A stretch of 64,000 nucleotides of DNA from Planctomycetota bacterium (GTDB lineage: Bacteria; Planctomycetota; UBA1135; UBA2386): the NCBI GenBank assembly GCA_046290465.1, contig JBKAGP010000001.1:4544001-4608000 (forward strand). Direction: 5' to 3'. A program made the position numbers and the translations under genes. Shown one piece after another: positions 18,746 through 28,103 of the stretch (position 1 is the first letter of the stretch; each line of letters starts with the position of its first letter). Below the pieces are notes generated by a model that ran no database searches, had not been told where the DNA came from, and worked only from the letters and a program-made list of their open reading frames with translations.

Positions 18746-20061
18746 GCGGATCGCGGCGCGCCTACGTGCTCGGCGGCGGCGTCGCCGGGCTGGCCGCGGC
18801 GTTCGGCCTGTGCGACCGGGGCTTCGAGGTGACGCTGCTCGAGTCGCGGCGGCACTGCGGCGGCCGCGCGTTCGCGAGCGAGGACCGCGTCTTCGGCCGC
18901 CGCCTCGACAACGGCTTCCACGTCATGCTCGGCTGCTACCGTGCGATGCGCGCGCTGTGCCGGCGGCTCGGCACTGAGCAGGGCTTCCAGCAGGACCGCA
19001 GCCTGTCGATGTGCTACCGGTTCCGCACGCGCACGACGACCAGGCTGTCGCTGTCGCGGCTGCCGGTGCCGCTGTCGATGCCGTGGAGCCTGATGGGGCT
19101 CGGCATCGGCTTCGGTGCGCGGCTGCGCGCATTGCTCGGCATGGGCACGGTGCTGCTGGGCGCGCCGCGCAGCTGGACGTTTGCGGACTGGCTGCGGCGC
19201 CGCTGGCAGTCGGGCCAGCCCGACGACGTGATGTGGCGGCCGCTGTGCCGGGCGGTGATGAACTGCGAGCCGGAGCAGGCGAGCGCGTCGGAGTTCCTGG
19301 CGACGCTGCGCGAGGCGTTCCTCGGCCGCGCCGGCTCGGCCGCGTTCTGGGTGCCCAAGCGCACCTGGGGCGAACTGCTCGGCGATCCGGCGCCGGCGGC
19401 GCTGGCGGCGGCCGGCGCGACGCTGCGCACCGGTGCCAGGGTCGCGTCGCTGGATCGGCATGATGGCCGCGTCACCGCGGTCGTGCTGGCCGACGGCGAA
19501 CGGCTCGAACTCGACCCGGCCGCGGGCGACGTGGTGGTCTCGGCGATGCCGTGGTTCGCGCTCGGCCGCGTGCTCGGCGACGCCGCGCCGGTGCCGTTCG
19601 CGCAGCTGGACAGCGCGCCGATCGTCACCGCCTACTTCGACGTCGACGACGGCACGCCGCCGCCCGACGAAGGGCCGGTGGTCGCGCTGGTCGGCGCACA
19701 GCCGTTCCACTTCGTGCTGCGAACGCCCGGCGATCCGGTCGGCAGGTTCGCGGTGCTGTCGGGCGGCGACCGCAGCTTCGACGGCATGCCGGTCGACGAG
19801 ATCGTCGCGGTGGCGAAGCGGCAGGCGGCCGACTACTACGACGGCGTCGACCTCGCGCGTGCGACGGTGCGGATCCGCAAGGAGCAGCTCGCGACGTTCG
19901 TGCCCGGACCCGGGTCGTCGGCGCTGCGGCCGGCACCGGGGCCGTTGCCGGGTGGGCCGGCCAACCTCTACGTCTGTGGCGACTGGACCGCGACCGGGTT
20001 TCCCGCGACCCTCGAGGGTGCGGCGCGTTCGAGCGAACGCATGCTCGCGACGATCAGCTGA
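18742..20061 (+). CDS. hpnE: Hydroxysqualene dehydroxylase HpnE (FAD-dependent)
   Basis: GTGA overlap with hpnD. GGGVAGLAAA FAD motif, GGRA, DNGFHVMLGCY, GDWTATGFPATLEGAARS; position after hpnCD. Confidence 0.87.
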   Translation: MSGSRRAYVLGGGVAGLAAAFGLCDRGFEVTLLESRRHCGGRAFASEDRVFGRRLDNGFHVMLGCYRAMRALCRRLGTEQGFQQDRSLSMCYRFRTRTTTRLSLSRLPVPLSMPWSLMGLGIGFGARLRALLGMGTVLLGAPRSWTFADWLRRRWQSGQPDDVMWRPLCRAVMNCEPEQASASEFLATLREAFLGRAGSAAFWVPKRTWGELLGDPAPAALAAAGATLRTGARVASLDRHDGRVTAVVLADGERLELDPAAGDVVVSAMPWFALGRVLGDAAPVPFAQLDSAPIVTAYFDVDDGTPPPDEGPVVALVGAQPFHFVLRTPGDPVGRFAVLSGGDRSFDGMPVDEIVAVAKRQAADYYDGVDLARATVRIRKEQLATFVPGPGSSALRPAPGPLPGGPANLYVCGDWTATGFPATLEGAARSSERMLATIS

Positions 20062-20839
20062 GCGCTTCGTCGATGTGCCCGGCGATGCTGTCGAGCGCGG
20101 CGCGCAGGCGGCGGCGCTCGGCGTCGAGCTGCTTGACGATGGCGACCAGGTCGTCGATGTCGCGCACCGTCTCGATCTGCCTGGCGAACTGTTCGGCGGA
20201 GGCGGCCTCGGCGCGCGGCAGGCCGGTGACGGTGGCCTTCTTGCGGTTCTTGCCCTGGCCGCGCGGCCGCACCGGCACCAACCCGAGCAGCGCCTTGGCG
20301 CGGCCATACATGATCGGCGCGATCTTGAGGCCCTTGTCGTCGGCGCGATTCTTGAGTTCGCCGTAGCTGATCGTCGGCTGCGCGCGCAGCTCTTCGACCA
20401 GGAACTCGAACGCGGGCGTGCTCGGTCGCGATAGGCCGGGGCCCGGCTTCGGGGTCGTCTTGGAGGCGGGCGTTGCCGGCTGCGTCGGCTGGGTGGTGGC
20501 CGGAGCGGCAGGCAGACTGGTGGGAGCTTCGGCGACCGCGTCGGCGGCGAGTTCGACCTGCTCCGGCTCGACCTGAGCCTTGGGGGCCTGAATCTCGGGG
20601 GCCTCAATCTCGGGGGCCTCAATCTCGGGGGCCTCAATCTCGGGGGCCTGAACCTTGGCTGGCGTCGCCGCCACGCCGGTGAGTCCGAGCTGCCGACGCG
20701 CGCGACCGAACTGGATCGGGAGCACCGTGACGCCGGCCTGCTCGCCGGCGCTACGCATCGCCTCGTAGTCGAGTTCGGGGTTCTGGCGCAGGCGTTCGAG
20801 CGCGAACGCCTCGCCGGACAAGCGTGGGGTCTGGGACAT
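20054..20839 (-). CDS. Hypothetical protein with a duplicated ~45-aa helical domain, basic patch and C-terminal coiled coil (candidate DNA-binding protein)
   Basis: Internal repeat AFALERLRQNPELDY..PIQFGRARRQLGL / AFEFLVEELRAQPTISY..PIMYGRAKALLGL; RPRGQGKNRKK; heptad tail. Confidence 0.7.
   Translation of the reverse strand: MSQTPRLSGEAFALERLRQNPELDYEAMRSAGEQAGVTVLPIQFGRARRQLGLTGVAATPAKVQAPEIEAPEIEAPEIEAPEIQAPKAQVEPEQVELAADAVAEAPTSLPAAPATTQPTQPATPASKTTPKPGPGLSRPSTPAFEFLVEELRAQPTISYGELKNRADDKGLKIAPIMYGRAKALLGLVPVRPRGQGKNRKKATVTGLPRAEAASAEQFARQIETVRDIDDLVAIVKQLDAERRRLRAALDSIAGHIDEALS
20582..20652. repeat. 15-bp coding tandem repeat (4 full copies plus partial) encoding EAPEI units
   Basis: AATCTCGGGGGCCT(C/G) starting at 20591, 20606, 20621 and 20636. 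Confidence 0.9.
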
Positions 20840-20967
20840 CGTCGATCAGCGAGGGGAGCGAAGTACCAAACGGGTTGGGCGCGCTCCGCGCAAGGTGATT
20901 CGAACCCGGGTTTCGCGTCGCCGCGACGGATGGCACCCGAATGACGGAGTCCTTACGCGAACTTCAT

Positions 20968-20995
20968 CCGCCGACGTCCGTTGGGACGTCGGCGG
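20968..20995. terminator. Stem-loop immediately downstream of the large lipoprotein gene
   Basis: Perfect 12-bp stem CCGCCGACGTCC-gttg-GGACGTCGGCGG, 10 nt from the stop at 21006. Confidence 0.55.
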
Positions 20996-21005
20996 CACGG
21001 TCCGG

Positions 21006-24000
21006 TCAGCGACGTTCGAACCGGTACGACAGCGCAAACGTCTCGATCGACGGGTCGACCGGGATCTCCGCCTCCGAGTTGTTGCGGATCAGAAAGCGCC
21101 AGTTGAGGTAGCGCACGTCCTGCGGCACGAACGGCTCGGTCGAGTTGACGACGGCCTGCAGGTAGGCCGGGTCCATCAGTTCGTTGGCGTCCTCGACGTA
21201 GCCGGTGACGTTGCGGTTGTAGAGATACGTCCACCAGTCGCGCGACGCGCCGCTGCTCGGCTCGGGACGCGTGTCCCACTTGCGCAGGTGGGCGTCGCCG
21301 GCCTTGTACGGATCGAGCGGGAAGTTGTTCGCGTCCGGCCGCAGCTGCGCGCGCTGCGCGGTGGTGATGCTCGGGTTGGCGTTGTTGGGCGTCGGCCACA
21401 GCCGGTTGGGCGTGTCGATCCAGCGTTGCCAGTACCACGGCGTCGCATCGACCTCACCGGCAGCTCGGAACTGCGGCACCACCGAGGTGCCGGCCGGCAG
21501 CCGCGACAGCGGCGGGTCGAACGACCACGCGAACTCCGGCACCGTGTCGGCCGGTGTGTTGACGTTGCCACCCTGCAAGAAGAACGGACCGAGCCGCGGG
21601 TCGTCGAAGTCCTCGGGCACCCGGTGTGGGTTGTTGAGGTCGATGAAGCCGTTGGTGACGACGGTGCGGCGGCGCAGCACGTCCATCATGATCCAGTAGA
21701 ACGTGTTGTCGCCCTTGATGTCAGGCCCGGCCGGCTGCGACGGCGGCGGCGGCGGCGTGACCGTCCACGGCGCGCCGTTGGGTTGGAACGCCCAGCCGCC
21801 CGAGGCGACCTCCCAGCCCGGGTTGTTGGGGCCCATCGCCAGCTCGCCCTGTGGCGCCGCCGACGATCGCCCGGCGCTGAACACGCGGAAGCGCGGGCGC
21901 GGGTCGGACTGCAGCGTGATGCTGACCTGCCAACCGTTGATGCCGGTCGCGAAGAACGGCTGGCCGACCGGCAGCTCGGTCGAGTCGTAGAAGATCTGGA
22001 AGTCGGCCAGCAGCGGCATCGAGATGCTGCCGCACAGGCCGCCGGTGAAGCGGTCGCGCACGTTGTTGTTGGCGAGCTGCCAGTTGCGCGCGTCGTTCCA
22101 GAACGAGCGGACCAGGGTCGGGCCGTTGGCGCCGTCGACGACGCCCATCGCCTGCCCCATGCGGAACGGGGTCAGGATGTACGGCGCGTAGGTCTGGCCG
22201 ATCGCGTTGCTCGGGTTGGTGGTGACGTCGCTGCCCGAGTCGCTGTCGCCGCCCTGCTCGAGCACGGTCTCGTCACGCCAGACGAAGTACGGCTCCTCGA
22301 ACTCGGGCAGCGACAGGAACTGCGAGCCGCCGTTGGCGGCGAACACCAGCGCCGACGGGTTGATGCGCATGTTCTTGTCGGCGTAGGCCGTCGTGATCGG
22401 CGCGAACGACTCGACCGCCTGGCCGCTGCCCTGGGGCACCTGGTTGCGCAGCCAGTTGAGCTGGTAGGTGCCGCGCAGCCCCGACTCGTGCAGCGACGGC
22501 AGCGAGCTGAAGTCGCCGACGCACGGCGACGGGCGGTACTCCGAGTGGCCGAGGCGCAGCGACGTGCGGTCGAACTCGTCGAAGAACAGCGGGTCGCCGT
22601 CGAACGGCGCCCAGTACATCTGCTCGATGTCGAGGTTGAAGTCGAACGGGTTGTCGCGCGACAGGCTCAGGTCGACCTCGCGCCAGCACGTCTGCATGCG
22701 GCAGCCGGTCGGGTTGAGCGGCGTCTGGATCGGCTGGCCGAACGGTTGCGTCGCGGTGTTGGCCGCCTGCTGGTTGTCGGTCAGTTCGGCGAACGGGCCG
22801 GGATCGAACACCGTCTGCGGGCACCAGGCCAGCGGATCGATCGGCGGCAGCGCGTTGGGAGGGCCGCCGGGCGAGCGGATCGCCGGCGCCTGGTTGAAGC
22901 TGTCGGCGACGGTGCGCGTGCGGGTCGTCGGCCGGCCCTGCAGGCGGCCGTCCAGATACAAGAACGCGCCGAACAGGTCCTCGAGGGTCTGCGTCGCGAC
23001 GTCCTGCGGACCGCCGGGCGCGCGCACCTCGCTGCCGAGGAACATGCTCGGCCGTTCGTCCTCGTCGCGATCGCGGAAGCGGCGCACGATCGAGATCGCC
23101 AGGTTGTCCTCGAACACGGGGTTGCCGTTGACCTTGCGGGTGTCGACGGTGAAGTCCATCACGACCTGGTTGCTGCGCTGCGCGGTCGTGCCCTGCAGGT
23201 CGAGCCGGTTGCCGGCGAGGTCCTGCACGCCGCCGTCCTGCGAGTCGGAGATGACGTGCAGGAAGTACCGGTACTGTTCGGGGTCGGCCGCGTTGCGCAT
23301 GGTCTCGTCGAGGTAGAAGCCCGCGGTCGGCTGCAGCTGCAGCGTCGTCTGCGAGCCGTCGACGTCGACGATGCGCGAGGTGATCAGGAACGGCGTGCGG
23401 TACTTGGCCTCGTTGAACGTCGCCGGATCCATGCCGGTGCCGCCGAGGTTGTTCGGCCGGCTCTCGATGAACTGCTGCCGCGCCTCGGCGCTGGTCAGGT
23501 CGCGCATCGCGAAGAAGAACGTGTCGGCCCACTTGACCGAGTCGAGGTCGACCGGCTTGTTGAAGCGCACCACCGCGCCGGCGAACGGCGACACGAACTG
23601 GTTGGCCGCCGGCGTGAAGCCGCCGATGCTCAGCGGCTGCGGCGTGAACGTCAGGAAGTTGACCGGGTCGTCGCGGCCGTTCTCGTCGCCGGCGGTGAAC
23701 TCGCAGGCGAGCAGCGCGCGCGGCGCGTTCTGCACCAGCCACGGCTCGCGGTCCTGCAGGAGCTGCGGGTAGCCGGGGAGGTTGCGCGGGTCGATCTCGG
23801 CGAGGCCGGGCACGCGGCGGATGCGGACCCGCACGTGCTGCTCCTCCGGATCGCCGAGGTCGTCGGCCGGGTCGACCAGCACCTCGCCGTCCTCGAGCGG
23901 CACCGACGCGCTGTTGGCCAGGAACGAGAACACGTCGCCGCGGTCGATCTCGTGGGTGATGCCGTTCTTGAAGATCGTGATCTCCTGGATCGACGCGCTG

Positions 24001-25010
24001 ATGCTGTCGACGCGTTCGAGGTAGAACGGGATCGAACCGACCATGCGCAGCGGCAGCGTGTCGCGCACGAACCCGTTGGCGAGCTCGGACGAGACGTCGC
24101 CGTCGTTGCCCGAACGGAAGTCCCGCACGATCGCCTGGCGGCCGCTGTTGTTGTTGCCGGTGATGCCGACCACGTCGCTCTCGCGCAGGCCCGGGATCGC
24201 CAGCGGACCGTCGAGCGCCACCGCGATGCGGATGTTGGCGCCGAACGGATCGGGCGACGCGGGCATGCCGGACGCGTTGTTGGAGGTCTGGTACTGCACG
24301 CCCTCGTTGCCGAGCAGCACCGGGTCGATCACGATCTCCCGCGCGCGCGGGATGATGCGGATCGGCAGCGGCACGAACGCGCCCTCCTGCTCGGGATCGC
24401 CGACGATGCGCAGCAGCTGCACCGCCTCGGTGTTGACCAGCGACGTCACGAAGCCCTCTTCGGTCCTGGTCACGAAGAACCGGTCGTCGATCTCGAGGTC
24501 GGCGCTCCAGGTCAGCCGCAGCGCCGCGTTGCGCGGCACCACCGAGAACGGCAGCTGCTCACTGCCCTCTCCGTAGCGCATCGGACTGACCGAACGCAGT
24601 TCGTCGTCGAGCGCGTCGAACGCGGTCGCGAACGCCTGGGTGCCGATGCGACGCGTGATCAGCAGGCGCGGCTGCAGCGTCGCCGGGTCGGTGCTGATGA
24701 AGTCGTAGGTGATCTCGGCGTCGCTGACGTTGCTGGTGCCGGTGCGCTGGTCGCTGATGTCCGAACCGATCACGACGTCGGCTTCGAACAGCTCGAAGGT
24801 CGTGCCGTCGGGACCGTCGACGAGGCCGTAGACGTCGACCAGGCGGCCGTACTGCACGTCGAGGAGCTCTGGCGAGACGGTCGTTCCGGGCGGTGCGTCC
24901 GGCGGTATGCCGTTGTCGTTCGAGCAGGAAGAGAACGCCAGGAACGCGGCGGCGCACAGCGATGCGAACGCGCGGGTCCGTGGCTCCTTGGGGAGGCTTG
25001 GTGCGGTCAT
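21006..25010 (-). CDS. Very large (1334 aa) surface lipoprotein with an Ig-like (Big_5/SbsA-like) segment
   Basis: Lipobox FLAFSSC after MTAPSL; VSPFAGAVVRFNKPVD..TLQLQP..GVQDLAGNRL; strong GC3 bias on the minus strand. Confidence 0.75.
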   Translation of the reverse strand: MTAPSLPKEPRTRAFASLCAAAFLAFSSCSNDNGIPPDAPPGTTVSPELLDVQYGRLVDVYGLVDGPDGTTFELFEADVVIGSDISDQRTGTSNVSDAEITYDFISTDPATLQPRLLITRRIGTQAFATAFDALDDELRSVSPMRYGEGSEQLPFSVVPRNAALRLTWSADLEIDDRFFVTRTEEGFVTSLVNTEAVQLLRIVGDPEQEGAFVPLPIRIIPRAREIVIDPVLLGNEGVQYQTSNNASGMPASPDPFGANIRIAVALDGPLAIPGLRESDVVGITGNNNSGRQAIVRDFRSGNDGDVSSELANGFVRDTLPLRMVGSIPFYLERVDSISASIQEITIFKNGITHEIDRGDVFSFLANSASVPLEDGEVLVDPADDLGDPEEQHVRVRIRRVPGLAEIDPRNLPGYPQLLQDREPWLVQNAPRALLACEFTAGDENGRDDPVNFLTFTPQPLSIGGFTPAANQFVSPFAGAVVRFNKPVDLDSVKWADTFFFAMRDLTSAEARQQFIESRPNNLGGTGMDPATFNEAKYRTPFLITSRIVDVDGSQTTLQLQPTAGFYLDETMRNAADPEQYRYFLHVISDSQDGGVQDLAGNRLDLQGTTAQRSNQVVMDFTVDTRKVNGNPVFEDNLAISIVRRFRDRDEDERPSMFLGSEVRAPGGPQDVATQTLEDLFGAFLYLDGRLQGRPTTRTRTVADSFNQAPAIRSPGGPPNALPPIDPLAWCPQTVFDPGPFAELTDNQQAANTATQPFGQPIQTPLNPTGCRMQTCWREVDLSLSRDNPFDFNLDIEQMYWAPFDGDPLFFDEFDRTSLRLGHSEYRPSPCVGDFSSLPSLHESGLRGTYQLNWLRNQVPQGSGQAVESFAPITTAYADKNMRINPSALVFAANGGSQFLSLPEFEEPYFVWRDETVLEQGGDSDSGSDVTTNPSNAIGQTYAPYILTPFRMGQAMGVVDGANGPTLVRSFWNDARNWQLANNNVRDRFTGGLCGSISMPLLADFQIFYDSTELPVGQPFFATGINGWQVSITLQSDPRPRFRVFSAGRSSAAPQGELAMGPNNPGWEVASGGWAFQPNGAPWTVTPPPPPSQPAGPDIKGDNTFYWIMMDVLRRRTVVTNGFIDLNNPHRVPEDFDDPRLGPFFLQGGNVNTPADTVPEFAWSFDPPLSRLPAGTSVVPQFRAAGEVDATPWYWQRWIDTPNRLWPTPNNANPSITTAQRAQLRPDANNFPLDPYKAGDAHLRKWDTRPEPSSGASRDWWTYLYNRNVTGYVEDANELMDPAYLQAVVNSTEPFVPQDVRYLNWRFLIRNNSEAEIPVDPSIETFALSYRFERR

Positions 25011-25315
25011 TGGACTGGACCGTTCACTCGTGCGTCCGCGGCCATGCCCGAGGGCGACCGACGCGTGGTGCGCAAACACCGAGCTCGCGGTTGGAGGGGT
25101 TTCCCGACTCGTAGGGGTCCGAGCGGCGCCGCGACCCATTCAAACGATGTGCCGCGACATCTCCTTGCGGGGTGTACTCCCGCAAACCGGTCAGGTTGCA
25201 CCTGCAGGCATGGACGAACGCCGCGAACGCGCGTGCCGTGCGGTGCGGCATCGCGCAGCGGCTGCGCGTTTCGTCACCGAGCGGTGACTTGTCGCTAGCG
25301 CCGGACTAGAGGGTC

Positions 25316-26245
25316 CTAAGCGTTCTTGCCAAGAGCTGCTGTGAGTGCGGTATCGAGGTTTGCGTGAGCGAACTCGAAGCCTGCCTCCAGCAGCCGGTGA
25401 GGACGTGCCCGCTGGCTGCCGAGCAGCACGTCGGCGAGGTCGCCGAACAGCAGCCGCAGCGCGAACCGCGGCACCGGGAAGATCGTCGGGCGACCGAGCA
25501 CCTTGCCGAGCGTGCGCGTGTATTCGGCGTTGGTGACCGGCGTCGGCGCGACCGCGAGCACCGGGCCGCGCAGCTGCTCGTCGGTGAGCGCGCGCTGCAC
25601 GACGCGCACCAGGTCGTGCCGCGTGATCCAGCTCATCCAGTGCTTGCCGTCGCCGAGGCGTCCGCCGAGTCCGAGGCGGAACGGCGTCAGCATCTTGGCG
25701 AGCGCGCCGCCGGCCCGATCGAGCACGATGCCGATGCGCAGGTTGACGACGCGGGTGCCGTGTTCGGCGAGCGGCCTGGTGCCGGCCTCCCATGCCAGCG
25801 CCACGCGCGTCAAGAAGTCGTCGCTCGGGCCCGGTTCGCTGCGTTCGTCCAGTTGCTCGTCGCCGCGGTCGCCGTAGATCCCGGTGGCGCTGGCGCTGAC
25901 CAGGACCGCGGGCGGTTGCGGCAACGCGGCGAGCGTGCGGCAGAGCGCCTCGGTCGCTGGGCCGCGGCTCTCGTGGATGCGGCGACGGCGCGCCTCGGTC
26001 CAGCGGCCGCCGGCGACGTTCTCTCCGGCGAGGTGCACGACCGCCTCGACGGCGCCGAACGCCTCGACGTCGATCTCGCCGGTTGACGGGTCCCAGCTGG
26101 CGGTCTCGGTGCCGTCGTCGCGATCGCGCGCGGCCTGCGCCGACGACGGACGGGCCATACGAACGACCTCGTGGCCGTCGGCGAGCAGGGCCTCGACGAC
26201 GGCGGAGCCGACGAGGCCGGTCGAACCGGTGATCGCGATGCGCAT
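25316..26245 (-). CDS. TIGR01777 family oxidoreductase (YfcH-like NAD-dependent epimerase)
   Basis: MRIAITGSTGLVG, HLAGENVA..RW, SASATGIYG, LRIGIVL..GGAL, GLGGRLGDGKHWMSWI. Confidence 0.92.
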   Translation of the reverse strand: MRIAITGSTGLVGSAVVEALLADGHEVVRMARPSSAQAARDRDDGTETASWDPSTGEIDVEAFGAVEAVVHLAGENVAGGRWTEARRRRIHESRGPATEALCRTLAALPQPPAVLVSASATGIYGDRGDEQLDERSEPGPSDDFLTRVALAWEAGTRPLAEHGTRVVNLRIGIVLDRAGGALAKMLTPFRLGLGGRLGDGKHWMSWITRHDLVRVVQRALTDEQLRGPVLAVAPTPVTNAEYTRTLGKVLGRPTIFPVPRFALRLLFGDLADVLLGSQRARPHRLLEAGFEFAHANLDTALTAALGKNA

Positions 26246-26319
26246 GGGGTCGGGGCGTTCGTCCCGGGTGGCGGGGTGGATGCAACCCGGACCGGGCCAG
26301 AGACTATGATGCACGAACG

Positions 26320-27600
26320 ATGGGGCAACGACTCCGGCAACTCCTGTGCGCTGCGATCGTCGCCGCTGCGGCCGCGCCGTGCCCGGCGCAGTCCCGGGAC
26401 CTGCGCGAGCAGATCCAGGCCGCGCTCACCGATGCCCGCCCGGCGCTCGAGTCGCACCTCAAGCAGGCGTTGCGCAGCGCGACGCGGCCAGGAGAGCTGG
26501 CGTTGCTGGTGCTGGCCGCGCTGCACGACGGCATGCCGGTGTCCAACGAGACGCTCGAGCGCGCGATCCAGCGGCTGGCCAAGGCGCGGCCGCACAAGAC
26601 CTACGACATCGCGCTGCGGCTGCTGGTGCTCGAGGCGTGCCCGAGCTTTCCCGATCGCATGAAGCTCGCGAAGGCCGACCTCAAGTCGCTGCTGGCGCAC
26701 CGCAGCGACGAGGGTGCGTTCCAATACACGAAGAACCCGACCACGTGGGACCTGAGCAACACGCAATACGGCGCGCTCGGCCTGCGCGCCGCGTGGTCGC
26801 TGGGGCTGAAGGTGCGCAAGGACATCTGGTCCAAGCTGGCGCGCGAGATCGGCGAGCAGCAGGCTCCCGACGGCGGCTTCTGCTACACGCGCAAGCGCTC
26901 CGGCTGGGATCCGTATCCGTCGATGACGGTCGCCGGCATCGCGGTGCTGGCGATCTGCCGGCAGGCGCTCGGCGATTCCTACGGGCGTCGCGACCAGATC
27001 GACAAGCAGATCGAGCGCGCGTGGCAGTGGCTCGACCAGCACCGCGACACGATCGGTTCGCCGAAGGAGAAGTGGTCGTTCTACTACCACTACGGCCTCG
27101 AGCGCGCCGCGATCCTGTGCGACGTCGTCAAGATCCAGGGTCGCACCGACTGGTACGAGAAGGGCGCGCAGATGTTCGTCGAGCAGCAGCTGGCCGGCGG
27201 CGGTTGGCAGAGCATGAAGGACAAGCACCCGGGCCAGCACCTCTCGGACAAGCGCGGCGACAGCGTGCCGACATCGTTCGCGATCCTGTTCTTGCGGCGC
27301 AAGTTCCAAAAGGACATCGGCCCGATCACCGAACGCGTCGTGCGGCTGGTCAACATCGGCCCGCGATCGCGCCAGCGGGACGTCGACGAGTGCGCGCGCC
27401 AGCTGGTGGCTCAGGGCAAGACGTCGATGCCCGACGTGATCAAGGCGATGCGCAGCGACATCGTGCCGCAGCGTCAGGTCGCGGCGAAGGCGCTGAAGGC
27501 GATCACCGGTGACGCGTTCGGCTTCGACCCGGGCAAGGATCGTGACGCCAACCGAGGTGCCGTCCGCCAGGCGGAACTCTGGTTCTTGAAGAACCGGTAG
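26320..27600 (+). CDS. Secreted prenyltransferase/squalene-oxidase-repeat (alpha/alpha toroid) protein with C-terminal HEAT-like region
   Basis: Signal peptide; WDLSNTQYGALGL, QQAPDGGFCY, SMTVAG, YYHYGLERA, DWYEKGA..QQLAGGGW, TSFAILFL. Confidence 0.75.
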   Translation: MGQRLRQLLCAAIVAAAAAPCPAQSRDLREQIQAALTDARPALESHLKQALRSATRPGELALLVLAALHDGMPVSNETLERAIQRLAKARPHKTYDIALRLLVLEACPSFPDRMKLAKADLKSLLAHRSDEGAFQYTKNPTTWDLSNTQYGALGLRAAWSLGLKVRKDIWSKLAREIGEQQAPDGGFCYTRKRSGWDPYPSMTVAGIAVLAICRQALGDSYGRRDQIDKQIERAWQWLDQHRDTIGSPKEKWSFYYHYGLERAAILCDVVKIQGRTDWYEKGAQMFVEQQLAGGGWQSMKDKHPGQHLSDKRGDSVPTSFAILFLRRKFQKDIGPITERVVRLVNIGPRSRQRDVDECARQLVAQGKTSMPDVIKAMRSDIVPQRQVAAKALKAITGDAFGFDPGKDRDANRGAVRQAELWFLKNR

Positions 27601-27611
27601 CACGACGCCCA

Positions 27612-27694
27612 AACACCGCATACCGAACCGGGTTCATCTTGCCGCGCGCGCGCGGCAAGTGGCGCAAGATGAACCCGGTTCGGTATGCGGTGTT
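27612..27694. repeat. REP-like inverted pair (31-bp perfect arms) with a central 22-bp perfect palindrome
   Basis: AACACCGCATACCGAACCGGGTTCATCTTGC (27612-27642) and its exact reverse complement (27664-27694). CTTGCCGCGCGCGCGCGGCAAG at 27638-27659 is self-complementary. Confidence 0.9.
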
Positions 27695-27846
27695 GGACCG
27701 ACGGTCACCCCGGCGTGCGGACCCGTTCCTGCCCCGTCGCACGCGATTTTCCGACAAAGTGAGGGGCGGGGAAGTGGGTTCGATCTGGGTGACTTCGAAC
27801 GCTGCGAGATGCGAACGGCCACTGCATGCGCGCCTCGCCGTTCGTG

Positions 27847-27881
27847 GTGGCACAACATGAACCCGGTTCGGTATGGGGTGG
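27847..27881 (+). repeat. Degenerate single copy of the same REP-like element
   Basis: GTGGCACAACATGAACCCGGTTCGGTATGGGGTGG versus consensus GTGGCGCARGATGAACCSGGTTCGGTATGCGGTGG. Confidence 0.8.
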
Positions 27882-28103
27882 CAGGTGGGACTTCGATCGG
27901 GTGGGTGGTCGGGGGCGGGGGCTCGGTGACGGCGGACGGAACCCGGTTGTGTGAGGCGCACGTCGAAGTGCGGTCGGGCATCGGGCACGCGTTCGATCGC
28001 CGCGACCTCATCACTTCGTTTCAGTCACCGACAACGATCGCGCCGGCATCGCCGGGGCCGACGGCTCTCGGTTCGGGTACGGCGCGGTCGCCATGCACCT
28101 CCC

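Noticed and set aside
20895..20912. GGTTCGAATC on the minus strand, resembling a tRNA T-loop
   Set aside because: The T-stem does not pair, and no acceptor stem or anticodon arm can be built.
20895..25298. Very long alternative-frame and antisense ORFs (for example 20895-25298 +, 8283-11621 -, 57350-60841 +, 43319-46372 +)
   Set aside because: They overlap well-supported genes, are Arg/Ala/Gly-rich with no motifs, and are the expected shadow ORFs of high-GC coding DNA.
25011..25315. Possible riboswitch upstream of the large lipoprotein
   Set aside because: GCAAAC-like fragments lie on the non-coding strand and no recognisable aptamer consensus could be assembled; an Rfam/Infernal scan would settle it.
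26320..27600. Prenyltransferase-repeat protein as the squalene cyclase for hpnCDE
   Set aside because: Too short, has a signal peptide and lacks the DxDD catalytic motif.
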